Positions 23,556-33,983 of a stretch of DNA of 50,923 nucleotides are shown in pieces. The notes under the pieces are model-generated. The model had not been told where the DNA came from. It made no database searches and worked only from the letters and a program-made list of their open reading frames with translations. The stretch covers positions 113,858,512 through 113,909,434 of the forward strand of contig NC_068985.1 of assembly GCF_001194135.2 (NCBI RefSeq), given 5' to 3'. The first letter of the stretch is position 1. Every line of letters starts with the position of its first letter. This DNA is from Octopus bimaculoides (taxonomy: Eukaryota). A program made the translations under genes and the position numbers.

Positions 23556-23609
23556 AGGAGGCCACTAGATCTTCTTCTAGCACATTAGCAGTCCACCTAG
23601 TGGCCTCCT
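23556..23609. mobile_element. 54-bp MITE-like relic with perfect 13-bp inverted repeats inside (TA)n
   Basis: AGGAGGCCACTAG (23556-68) / CTAGTGGCCTCCT (23597-609), 28-nt spacer, TA repeats on both sides. Confidence 0.55.
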
Positions 23610-23770
23610 TTATATATATTTTTATATATTCTTATATATACATATACATATACAATAATCGTTTGAGATCTCAGATATTTTTTTCTGAATCTTCCTGATT
23701 CTTTTAATGTGCTTGTTACCTGGTACTAAATTGATATTAATTAATATCCAATTTTTTACCCTATTGTTTA

Positions 23771-23809
<39 letters not shown>

Positions 23810-23828
23810 CATATATATACATACATGC

Positions 23829-23901
<73 letters not shown>

Positions 23902-24615
23902 NNNNNNNNNNNNNNNNNNNNNNNNNNNNNNNNNNNNNNNNNNNNNNNNNNNNNNNNNNNNNNNNNNNNNNNNNNNNNNNNNNNNNNNNNNNNNNNNNNN
24001 NNNNNNNNNNNNNNNNNNNNNNNNNNNNNNNNNNNNNNNNNNNNNNNNNNNNNNNNNNNNNNNNNNNNNNNNNNNNNNNNNNNNNNNNNNNNNNNNNNNN
24101 NNNNNNNNNNNNNNNNNNNNNNNNNNNNNNNNNNNNNNNNNNNNNNNNNNNNNNNNNNNNNNNNNNNNNNNNNNNNNNNNNNNNNNNNNNNNNNNNNNNN
24201 NNNNNNNNNNNNNNNNNNNNNNNNNNNNNNNNNNNNNNNNNNNNNNNNNNNNNNNNNNNNNNNNNNNNNNNNNNNNNNNNNNNNNNNNNNNNNNNNNNNN
24301 NNNNNNNNNNNNNNNNNNNNNNNNNNNNNNNNNNNNNNNNNNNNNNNNNNNNNNNNNNNNNNNNNNNNNNNNNNNNNNNNNNNNNNNNNNNNNNNNNNNN
24401 NNNNNNNNNNNNNNNNNNNNNNNNNNNNNNNNNNNNNNNNNNNNNNCGAATTTGAAGTCTCTGTCTCTTTTGAATATGAAAATTTAAAAGTTTAAAAACC
24501 TTATGATATAAATATAAACTGTGAGAACGACCCTTAAGGAATCTAATTAATGATCTCCTAAGGTAAGTTCTTATGCTATATTGGTAACGGTTGCTACATC
24601 CTCTGGGAAAAAAAT

Positions 24616-24653
<38 letters not shown>

Positions 24654-24895
24654 GATGATTGCCTCATCTTGTCAGATGATAGTCATCTTCCAGTCAGCCT
24701 GATTGATCTGGCTTATTTCCATCCTTGCCTGCGCGTGTATGTTAAAATACAAAATGGATCAAGAAACAAAATGATGGTGAGACAACACTATGTCATTTGA
24801 GTTAAGGGACAAAAGCTTGTACAATACTTTAGCCATTCTTTCGGGTGTCGTGGTAGGTTCCAGGGACAACTATTGCAAGATGACTAGTACTATTT

Positions 24896-25000
24896 TGGTC
24901 AGCCTGAAGCTAGAGTAGAAGACACTTGCCCATGCAGTAGAACTGAACCTGGAACCATGTGATTGTCAAGCAAGCTTCTTAACCATAAAACCACGCCTGA
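24896..25000 (-). mobile_element. SINE A head
   Basis: agtagaagacacttgcccatgcagtagaactgaacctggaaccatgtgattg...cttcttaacc. Confidence 0.7.
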
Positions 25001-25554
25001 TAAGTATTTTGAATATTTTTATAATCTCGAAATGTATGTGTCACGAGTTGGACATCCAAAATGTTACATGAAAATACAAACAAAATATTACAGAAATACA
25101 TTCGAATACATAATAAATAGAAGTTCAACCAGATTCTGTTGTTATTCATAATAAGCATTGCTATATATACAAAACATTGATCACATAATACGAGCAAATA
25201 TTTGCTTCATTTTTGTAACTTTTTGGTTCATGTCTTTTTTTTTTGTCAAATACATTTCTGAATTGTATAACAATAGGGAGAAAAAAAAATACTTATCAAA
25301 TGTAACCCTTCCACATTTTTTTTTTTTTGTATTTTCATATTTCGTAAATTCCTTAACATTGTGCAAAAGACAGAATCCAATCGCACTTTACTCTACGATT
25401 GAATTTTGTCACACGAGAATAAGCAATCTTTGAGACACACAATAAGGGACTACCTACACGTTTTTTTTTTGGCATTCACAATGAAGTGGCAGACATTGTC
25501 TATGTTTAGATAATGCAGTGTTCAACTTTACCCTTTGTCTCTCAAACAACCCAG

Positions 25555-25566
25555 GAGTAAGGACTG
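25555..25566 (+). other. Candidate 12-nt microexon (GAGTAAGGACTG)
   Basis: ttcaactttaccctttgtctctcaaacaacccag|gagtaaggactg|gtaagt: good pyrimidine tract, about 35-nt AG-free zone, GTAAGT donor. Confidence 0.3.
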
Positions 25567-26120
25567 GTAAGTGTAATATATGGGTGTTGGTTCAAACATT
25601 ATTATGCTCTCACACAACAAACATTAGCATTATACCCAATCATGTGTGGTGGTTGTTATGACTTTTGTATATTAAACAAAATAGACACACACACACACAA
25701 TATATATGCAGTAAATACACATAAACGAAAGATGTGTGTGTGTGTATCTATTTATCAATGTATCTATATATATATGCATATATACTCTCATATCAGAGAT
25801 TGTGTCTTAACAAGCATATATAGTACACATATACTATACAAATAGAGCATATTTATACATATATGGTCTCTTTCTTTATTTATATACTGTAGATATAAAA
25901 AAATAGAAACATATGCATACACATATATGTACACATGCATACAAATACATATATACATACCAATAAGCACACGCATATTAATATGCACACATGCACATTA
26001 AGCACACACTTATTTTATATGTATACACACATACACAATTACGCATATGCGCACCTTCACACACACACACATTAAAGAGTTCCTTGGCAGACACAGACCA
26101 CTTCTTCGTCTTTAACACAG

Positions 26121-26200
26121 GAAATGATGTGGAAGAATTCAATTAGAACATTAATGTGTTGAGTTTTACCATTTTGATACAACAGCAGCTGGTACCAAAG
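26121..26200 (+). other. Candidate exon (80-nt non-coding form, or 15/12-nt form from 26186/26189)
   Basis: Acceptor cttcttcgtctttaacacag| at 26120; NAGNAG acceptor ttttgatacaaCAGCAG at 26183-88; donor AAG|gtatgg at 26200. Confidence 0.25.
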
Positions 26201-26694
26201 GTATGGTGTGGTGCGAAGCAGCGTAGTGTACTAACAACACGATGACAATAACAATGACGAAGACAATGATGATTACGGTGATGACGGCGACAGTAGTAGT
26301 CGTGTCTAACATTGTAGTTGGTGGGGGAAGAGAAGAGAGAGAAAGAGAGAGACAGAGAACTGTATGGTGAAATGAGATGACTATATGACAATGGTGGTGG
26401 TGGTGGTGTCGTCATCATTGTTGTTTTTGTTGTGTTGACTTTATAAAAATTGGTGAGAGACGAGGAGAGGAACTTGTAATCATGTTATTTCTTATTGTAG
26501 ATACTAGATAACAGATAACAGACCAACCAACCAACCAACCATCGTCCACCATGTTTTATTGCTCATGTAAAATTTTCTTAAAAACAGTCCATTTGCTTTG
26601 CTGTTTCATTGTAATCTGTATATGGCAGGTTGAGAAGATAAGATGGAGATATTAAGAGGTTGAGAGATGGAGAGGTTGAGGGATGGCAAGAGGG

Positions 26695-27350
26695 ATGCTT
26701 GTTTCAGTCATTGGATTGTGGCCTTGCTGGGGCATCACCTTTAAGGGTTTCGTCCAGTGCTTCTCAACCATTTTTTTGCCAATGAACCCCCTTTAATTCC
26801 TATTTTGCTCTATAGCACCTCCATAGCCATTCGCAGTATATATATATATATATATAAAGTCATACTGTATTTTTTAATTGAATATTATTAGTAATGTTAT
26901 AAAAAAAAAATTCAAATATTTTATGTATTGTAGAAGTATAAGCAATTTATTGCACATAAATTTTAACAATTAAATTCTATATGGACCCTAAGGGCCATAT
27001 AGACCCTGGTTGCAAACCAATGGTTTAGTCCAACGAATTGAACCCAGTACTTATTTTATTGGGGTTTTTTTTCAAGTGTGGAGCATTATTCTAAGGTCAT
27101 TTTAGCCAAATCTCAAATTTACAGAACTGTAAACAAACCAACACCTGCTTGTCAAGTGGTGGTGAACAAATACAACACACACAAAGAGATACAATGGGCT
27201 TCTTTCAGTTTCAGTCTACTAAATATGCACACAAGCCTTTGGTTGGCCCAGGGCTATACTAGAAAACACTTGACTAAGATGCCGTAATGCTGGAATGAAA
27301 CCAAAATCACATGGTTGGAAATCAAGCTCCTTAATCACACAGCCAGGATA
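26695..27350 (-). mobile_element. Old SINE A interrupted by MITE M1
   Basis: Tail 1 begins cttgtttcagtcattggattgtggcc, resumes after the MITE (gtttagtccaacgaattgaacccagtacttatt), and ends with the head at 27200-27350. Confidence 0.75.
26755..27022 (+). mobile_element. hAT MITE M1
   Basis: TIRs CAGTGCTTCTCAACC / GGTTGCAAACCAATG; TSD gtttcgtc (26747-54) vs gtttagtc (27023-30), 7/8. Confidence 0.8.
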
Positions 27351-27469
27351 GATACAGAAGGAGTGGATTTAGATAAAGAGAGGAAAAGATTGGGATGTAT
27401 AGTGAGGAGACTTATAAAGAAAGGAGTTCAGTCCAGCTGGGTGGTAGTGAAAGAAACACTTCAGGTAAA

Positions 27470-27725
27470 AAGCACCTGTTCTGGTGCCATGTAAAAAGCA
27501 CACATGCTGGTGTCATGTAAGAGGCACCTGTGCTGGTACCCTGTCAAAAGTACCCAGTACACCTTGTAAAGTGGCTGGCATTAAGAAAGGCATCCAGCTG
27601 AAGAAGACATGCCAAAACGGATGACTGGAGCCTGGTGCAGTGCTCTGGTTTGCCAGCTCTTGTCAAACTGTCCAACCCATGCCAGCATGGAAAACAGACA
27701 CTGAATGTTGATGATGATAATGATG
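27470..27725 (+). mobile_element. Retroposon 3' end variant with about 26-bp internal repeats and RTE-type terminus
   Basis: Three to four aaaagcacc...ggtgccatgt units, then gaaaggcatccagctg...ccaacccatgccagcatggaaaac...(gat)n. Confidence 0.65.
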
Positions 27726-27735
27726 AATATATATG

Positions 27736-27789
<54 letters not shown>

Positions 27790-27800
<11 letters not shown>

Positions 27801-28025
27801 ACCCTTGTCTTATATTGTGATAATTGTGTATGAAATTCGCCATTATAGAAGTAATGTTGTTTGCTTCCACTCTCCCATGAAACATGTGTCAGACCATGGG
27901 GAAATAACTTACCTGGAAACAAATGTAGATTGGCAATAGGAAGGGCTTTAAGTTTGCTTCAACAAAAACCCCGCCTTACCCATGCATGCATGGAAAAGTG
28001 GGTGCCAAAAAAAGATGATGACGAT
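27790..28025 (+). mobile_element. SINE tail 2 module after (TG)n
   Basis: ccatgaaacatgtgtcagaccatgggg...ccatgcatgcatggaaaagtgg...gatgatgac. Confidence 0.6.
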
Positions 28026-28069
28026 GAGGATGTATATATGAATGTATGTGTGTATATGAATGTATATAT

Positions 28070-28390
28070 TATCATAATTTGAACCTCCACTTTTCCGTAT
28101 CTGCAAGATGTGGGTGTAGTTTAACGAGGGAGATTTTCTATGGCTGGAAGCTCATCCTTTCACCACCCTCACCTGTTTGCAAACAAATACGATTTCAGCA
28201 TGACCACACATGATCTCACAGAATAACGAAAGTAAATGACACAGCTTGAATGACAGCAACAACCATTTTACAACTATCATGTAATGTCAAGACAAGGTGA
28301 CACAAATGCACACTCACACATACATATATACATATATGCACTCACATATACGATAGGCTTCTTTCAGAGCCCATCTATCAAATTCACTTA
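28070..28390 (-). mobile_element. SINE A partial head + microsatellite + tail 2
   Basis: ttttctatggctggaagc...accctcacctgtttgc...tttacaactatcatgtaatgtcaagacaagg...cttctttcag. Confidence 0.65.
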
Positions 28391-28514
28391 CAAGCAAGCA
28401 AACTTCTCACCACACAGCTACGTTTGTGCCTTATATATATATATATATATATATACGCACACACATACACATATATAACTATATAATATATAACTATATA
28501 ATATATATCTATAT

Positions 28515-28640
28515 ACATCATCATCGTTCAATGTCCGTTTTCCATGTTGGCATGGGTTGGACGATTTGACTGGGGTCTCGGAAACCAGGAGGCTGCAACA
28601 GGCCCCAATCTGATCCAGCAGTGTTTCTACGGCTTAGAAA
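28515..28640 (-). mobile_element. RTE 3' end fragment
   Basis: catcatcgttcaatgtccgttttccatgttggcatgggttggacgatttgac. Confidence 0.7.
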
Positions 28641-28698
28641 TGGATGTGTGGCATTAGATCCATTTCCAAGTTATATATACATACACACACACACACGC

Positions 28699-28769
<71 letters not shown>

Positions 28770-28774
<5 letters not shown>

Positions 28775-29395
28775 AATATGCAGTGCGTGAGAAGATCCAG
28801 CAAGCCAAGTGAGACCATAATCCAAGGCCTCTGCCAGGGGTGTAGCCAGCCCACTTATGCGTACCTTTCCTTCATTGGACACTAAACTCGGCTTGCGAAT
28901 ACCTGTTGGGGCAAGTGAAAGCAACATTGTGATAGCACTTGTATCAGCGGAGCGCTAAGAGCACCATCCGAGCGTGATCGTTGCCAGAGCAGCTGTCTGG
29001 CTTCCATGCCAGTGGCACATAAATAGCACCATTTGAGCATGATCATTAACCAACGTCGCCCTCCTGGCACTTGTGCTGGTGGCACGTGCAAAGACATTTG
29101 AGCGAGGTCATTGCCAGTGCCGCTGGACTGGCTCCTGTGCAGGTGGCACGTAAAATACACCATTTTGAGCGTGGCTGTTGCCAGTACCGCCTGATTGGCC
29201 TTCGTGCCGGTGGCACGTAAAAGCACCCACTACACTCTCGGAGTGGTTGGCTTTAGGAAGGGCATCCAGCTGTAGAAACTCTGCCAAATCAGATTGAAAC
29301 CTGGTGTAGCCATCTGGTTCACCAGTCCTCAGTTAAATCGTCCAACCAATGCTATCATGGAAAGCGGACATTAAACGATGATGATGATGATGATA
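28770..29395 (+). mobile_element. RTE-type LINE, 5'-truncated: last ORF2 codons (WKYAVREKIQQAK*) and about 580-nt 3' UTR with (GAT)n tail
   Basis: ORF stop at 28810-12; the UTR has about 65-bp internal repeats; its terminal 170 nt recur at 12796, 14560, 36165, 36781 and 47957. RTE assignment is by resemblance to RTE 3' ends. Confidence 0.8.
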
Positions 29396-29409
29396 ATATA
29401 TAACTATAT

Positions 29410-29795
29410 AATCTTTTACTTCTTTCAGTCAATTGACTGCGGCCATGCTGGAGCACCGCCTTTAGTCGAGCAAATCGACCCCAGGTCTTATTCTTTGTAA
29501 GCCTAGTACTTATTCTATCGGTCTGTTTTGCCGAACTGCTAAGTGACGGGGACATAAGCACGCCAACATCGGTTGTCAAGCAATGCTAGGGGGACAAACA
29601 CAGACAGACACATATATATACATATATATGACGGGCTTCTTTCAGTTTCCGTCTACCAAATCCACTCACTAGGCTTTGGTCGGCCCGAGGCTATAGTAGA
29701 AGACACTTGCCCAAGATGCCAATGCAATGGGACTGAACCCGGAACCATGTGGTTGGTAAGCAAGCTACTTACCACACAGCCACTCCTGCACCTAT
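29410..29795 (-). mobile_element. SINE A, full length, young
   Basis: Near-identical to 33758-34181; CpGs retained. Confidence 0.9.
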
Positions 29796-30014
29796 GTATC
29801 TATATCATATATATCTATATAATATATACCTATATAATCTATATCTATATATATATGTGTGTGTGTATAATACACAGAGCAAGTGTTCCAGTTATAAGCT
29901 AAGCTGCTGTGTCAGGTATTCAGGAGGTAAGAGACTACAAAGTAGAAATGAAGGTCGAATGTCCCCTATATGAAAGGATCAGTACGAAGCCACAACATAC
30001 AAAAGCTACAGGGG

Positions 30015-30057
30015 AATACCATTAATGATGCAACAGTAATTGAGCTTTAATGGTATT
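30015..30057. other. Inverted repeat / hairpin in unique sequence
   Basis: AATACCATTAA (30015-25) / TTAATGGTATT (30047-57), perfect 11 bp. Confidence 0.4.
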
Positions 30058-30149
30058 GATTCTCATTGTATGGCACTTAAGCTGTCTTGGAATGCCTGTT
30101 CCTTGTCTTTTACACAAGCCTTACCTTCTCACAACTCACACTATCTCTC

Positions 30150-30174
30150 CATACTTTATATATATCTTACTGCT

Positions 30175-30208
<34 letters not shown>

Positions 30209-30790
30209 AAACTGTCTCACCCTCTATTGCACTCTACTTTCCTCCCTACCTGCCTATCTATTTTTCACACTATCTCTCCTTCTCCCTTTGCCTATCTCTC
30301 TCTCCCTCTCTCTACTTCTTTATCTGTCTCCCTACTTCAATCTACATTTATCTCTGTACCTCAATCTATTTATCTACTTCAATATCTATCTATCTATCTA
30401 TATATCTATCTATCTATCTATGTATCTATCTATATATATATATATATATATATATCTGTCTATCTCAATATATCTATCTATCTACCTACCTAATTCTATT
30501 TATTTATCTCAGTCTACCTACCTACCTACCTCTCCCTCTATTTATCCACCAACCTCTGTATATACATCTCTGTACACGTTTCTATCTATCACACTTTACC
30601 ATCTCCCTATTTTTTATGTTTCCACCTTTCTATCTCCCTATCTCTCACAATCTTTCTCCTTGTCTTCCTATACACTAACCAACATTACAATTATTCCCAC
30701 TATATCTTCATCACATTCACCCACTTTATGCTTTTTCTATCTCTCCCTCTTCTTTTGATGTAACCTATCTCATTCACTCACTCACTCACT
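30150..30790. repeat. Pyrimidine-rich (CT)n/(TATC)n compound tract
   Basis: Seen directly. Confidence 0.85.
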
Positions 30791-30904
30791 GTTCAAACTC
30801 TCACTACATCTCATATGTGTTTAATAGTTTTATCCTATTCACACCGTCCCATTGCATAAATGGGGAAAAGAATGGGTACCTTTTGAAATATCAATTTCTA
30901 ACAT

Positions 30905-31004
30905 TGCTCCAAGGAAGGCTAAATGTATTTTACAATATCTTGGGGTTGACCAAAGCCTTGTGAGTGGTTCTGGTAGACAGAAACTAAAAAGAAGTGTGTG
31001 TGTG

Positions 31005-31036
<32 letters not shown>

Positions 31037-31260
31037 TGCGTGCGTGTGTGTGTTAAAATTTCTTTGTGTTGACATAATGTGACAGTTGTAAACGAATATC
31101 ACCATTATGCAAAGAGTGTCTGTTATTTCCAATCTTCTGTCAGAGCATGTCTGGTCATGAGGAAATACTACTTTGCTTGGAAACAGGTGAATGTTGGCAA
31201 TTGAAAGCACATCTGGCTGAAGAAAATTCTGGATCGTATTTATCTGATTGCAACAACAAA
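30905..31260 (+). mobile_element. SINE A partial head + (TG)n(TGCG)n + tail 2
   Basis: gaccaaagccttgtgagtgg...gtagacagaaactaaaaagaag, then ttgtgttgacataatgtgacagttgtaaacg...cttgcttggaaacaggtgaatgttggc. Confidence 0.7.
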
Positions 31261-31369
31261 TGAAAATGACGCATATATACATGAATATACATACGGCACA
31301 GATGTGACTGAATGGTAAGGAGTTTGCCTCCCAATCACATGATTTCAGGTTCAGTCCCACAGCAGGAGA

Positions 31370-31620
31370 TTTAGTGTGACACAGAATGTGACAAGTCTGA
31401 CCCTTTGAATTACAGGCACAACAGAAACAGGAAGTAAGAGTGAGAGAAAGTTGTAGTGCAAAAGTACAGCAGGGTTCGCGACCATCCCCTGTCGGAGCCT
31501 CATGGAGCTTTAGGTGTTTTTTGCTCAATAAACACTCACAACGCCCGGTCTGGGAATCGAAATTGCGATCCTATGACCGCGAATCCGCTGCCCTAACCAC
31601 TGGGCCATTGCACCTCCACG
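31370..31620 (-). mobile_element. tRNA-derived SINE type D
   Basis: Minus strand: A box TGGCCCAGTGG and B-box-like ATTTCGATTCC; the 3' module ctgtaattcaaagggtcagacttgtcacattctgtgtcac is shared with type C. Confidence 0.75.
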
Positions 31621-32299
31621 TGCGGATTATATTCATTACTTATATCTTAATACATTTTGTGATGTGCTAATAAACACAAAGATACTCCGATAATGTTAAT
31701 GCCACATTAATATATCCGAGTTATTATGATGTGATGATTTAATGCCATCAACAAGTCGAGCTTTTTTTGTCTGTGACAAGAGACAGAAAGAAAACTATCA
31801 GAAATTTCATGACTGAGACAACATTACCAAACAGCACTTAACTCTGTGTGTGTCTGTGCATTTATGTAACTTTGTGTGTATGTGTTTGTTTGTTTGCTTG
31901 TTTGTGTGTGTGTGTGTATGTGCTTGTGTGTTCATGTGAGTGTGAATTATCAATAGATTAGATTTTTATCTATTTCTTTTTATTGCTACTCAGAATTTCA
32001 TGACTGTTTATTTTTATATACACACACACACACACACACACACATATGCGTGCGTCTCTGTACTTAAATATGTGTGTGTCAGTGTGCATGTGTTAGTTTG
32101 ATTTGATTTATTAAATTTGTCCCCCAGTCATAAACGAGACTTTCCTCATTGAAAATTAGACAACAAACACATGATAGAGTCACATGTTGCATTATAGGTT
32201 ACATAGACACCCAAGTCTTGCATGAACTTACAGTACCAGTAATAAACATATAATAATGTCTGTACAGATTTGTGTGTGTGTTTATATATGTATATATGT

Positions 32300-32450
32300 A
32301 TGTATATTTGAGAAGTCTGGTTCCCAATCAAATGGCTTTTATGTTTAGTCCAAGTGTGGAATCTTGGGTAAACATCTTTTACTACAACCTTGGGCTGACC
32401 AAAGCTTTGTGAGTGGATTTGGTAAACCAAAACTGAAAGAAACCATATAC
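32300..32450 (-). mobile_element. Inverted/rearranged SINE A head pieces
   Basis: gaagtctggttcccaatcaaatgg...ctactacaaccttgggctgaccaaagctttgtgagtggatttggtaaac: A-head sequence with mixed orientation. Confidence 0.5.
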
Positions 32451-32903
32451 ACCTATTGCTACTGTCCCTAAAGTTCATTTGCTATTCCCAGCAACTTCTT
32501 CCTGTTGATGTAACCAAAAGTGAACAATATTATCATTAAAGGCATGAGATTGTAAGGATTTTTTGGATGATAACTACCAAGGAATTAGCAATGTCCAATC
32601 TCATGTATGAATTTTCCAATTGTTCTTTTATTGTGTTCTGTATAAATTTTGGAACTAATATATATATATATGTATATAATATAGATTTGATTAACAGCCC
32701 AGTCAAGATGGTATTTTCTTCTTCTCCTACTCTTGTTTTTGCACACATCTACAAAATGACATTTTAAAATTGAACTTCCATTATGCAGCTGAGGAATACA
32801 TTTTCATTGCACATCTTATGTGGTGTCCTCACTACATAAATAAATGAAGTTTGTACGAAAAATACGTACTGCTATAACCTATTGAATTTTTGTTGCTTTT
32901 CTT

Positions 32904-32937
<34 letters not shown>

Positions 32938-32964
32938 AACACACATATGTGTGTGTGTAATCAT

Positions 32965-33520
32965 CATCATTTCAACATCCACTTTTCCATGCTTGCATAG
33001 TTTGGACAAAATTTGTTGAGGCCAGATATTTCTATGGCTGGACACCCTATTAGAGACCGGCCCTCACTTGTTCCCAAGTGAGGTAATATTTTCCCATGAC
33101 CAGATACGTTTTCACAGAATACTGGAAACAACGGACACCACTTGCATGATGGTGACAACTGTTTACAATTCTCATGTGGTATCAAAGCAGAGAGAGACAG
33201 TCACACATACAAATACATGTGTGGAGAATTACTATCTCTCTGCTTTGATACCACATGAGGATCGTGCATGTGAGTGCGAGCATGTGTATATGTCTTCTTG
33301 ATATTGCATGAGAGTTGTAAATGAGTGTCACTCGCATACAAACAGTGTCATTCATTTCCAATGTTCTGAAAAATCACATCTCCCCCCTTGGGGGAAATAT
33401 TACCTTTCTTCAATGCAAGGGAGGACTAGCAACCAGAAGGTTGTTCAGTCATTGAAAAACTATCTGAATAAACAATATCCAGCCCATACTTGCATGGGTT
33501 TGACAGAGTTTTATTGAAGC
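32965..33520. mobile_element. Two SINE tail-2 modules in opposite orientation (32965-33230 minus, 33270-33520 plus)
   Basis: Both alignable to 22885-23135. Confidence 0.65.
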
Positions 33521-33590
33521 AGCAAGCTTCTTAACCACATAGCTATGCCTGTGCATCCTCACACGTACCTGCCTATGCATTTATGTACAT

Positions 33591-33919
33591 CGGAGGTTCT
33601 CGACTGGGGTCCATAAAGCCCTTGGAGTACCATATGATCATTGGGGCTCATGACAAAATTTGTAAAAATTTATGGGCAATAAACTGGTTATATTTCTACA
33701 ATATACAAAATATTTTAACACTTTTTTTTCTACAATTCCTAATAATATTTAATTATAGGCATAGGAGTGGCTGTGTGGTAAGTAGCTTGCTTACCAACCA
33801 CATGGTTCCGGGTTCAGTCCCACTGTGTGGCACCTTGGGCAAGTGTCTTCTACTATAGCCTCAGACCGACCAAAGCCTTGTGAGTGGATTTGGTAGACGG
33901 AAACTGAAAGAAGCCCGTC

Positions 33920-33983
<64 letters not shown>

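Noticed and set aside
24540-24568. AAG|GTAAGT donor
   Set aside because: No acceptable upstream acceptor, and stop codons in most frames.
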